From contig JAQTMG010000002.1 of the NCBI GenBank assembly GCA_028714455.1, positions 102,047-166,046 on the forward strand: a stretch of DNA of 64,000 nt, in the 5' to 3' direction. Position 1 is the stretch's first letter; every line of letters begins with the position of its first letter. Shown one piece after another: positions 63,828 through 64,000 of the stretch. The position numbers and the translations under genes are program-made. Origin of the DNA: Patescibacteria group bacterium (lineage in GTDB: Bacteria > Patescibacteriota > Patescibacteriia > CAIXNZ01). The notes beneath the pieces were generated by a model, which saw only the letters and a program-made list of their open reading frames with translations, searched no databases and was not told the DNA's origin.

Positions 63828-64000
63828 TCAAGATCGTACCAATAATTTTCGCGTAACCATTTAAAAATTCCTTGGCAGACATTTTATTTTTGCCTTCAAG
63901 TTGCAATTCAATTAATTCCAGCTGACCACGGCCGCATTGAACTTTCAAAACATTATTAACCTCATAAACCTCGCCAACAACCCTGCTAACCTGCTCGAGC
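63828..64000 (-). CDS. fmt: methionyl-tRNA formyltransferase, C-terminal end (5' part outside window)
   Basis: The reverse-strand translation ...LELIELQLEGKNKMSAKEFLNGYAKIIGTIL resembles the Fmt C-terminus. Confidence 0.65.

Noticed and set aside
1-64000. CRISPR arrays
   Set aside because: I saw no series of regularly spaced direct repeats. The repeated hairpins and asymmetric repeats occur singly in separate intergenic regions.

Overview
This is a gene-dense, AT-rich bacterial chromosome segment with about 75 protein genes and no rRNA or CRISPR array. It carries three tRNA loci, one of them nested.

Core content:
- Translation and information processing: gatCA, typA, rlmN, dnaG-rpoD, mnmA, alaS, an infA-rpmJ-rpsM-rpsK-rpsD-rpoA-rplQ-rplM-rpsI block, and the 3' end of fmt.
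- Envelope: murB and a flippase/glycosyltransferase/O-antigen-ligase cluster.
- Others: copA, an ABC-2 exporter, DedA/PAP2 proteins, and a type II restriction-modification pair.

Short genes, truncated RpoA and AlaRS, and sparse metabolism suggest a reduced-genome lineage of the CPR/Patescibacteria type. That placement is inference only.

Main observations:
1. A nested tRNA-Ser locus. A complete tRNA-Ser(GGA) sits inside a decayed tRNA-Ser-like shell, which sits inside the anticodon loop of a second, otherwise perfect tRNA-Ser(GGA).
2. A GIY-YIG gene is nested between hairpin arms, and a cargo-less copy of the same hairpin lies between gatC and gatA.
3. About 18 scattered genes with a strong Shine-Dalgarno (SD) site contrast with SD-less, often apparently leaderless core genes driven by TGnTAnAAT boxes.
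4. Three of those SD-bearing genes are bracketed by duplicated terminator hairpins.
5. An intergenic repeat family has C-free then G-free arms.
6. There are several promoter-to-terminator units that look like structured RNAs of unknown class.

All coordinates and folds were worked out by hand from the sequence.
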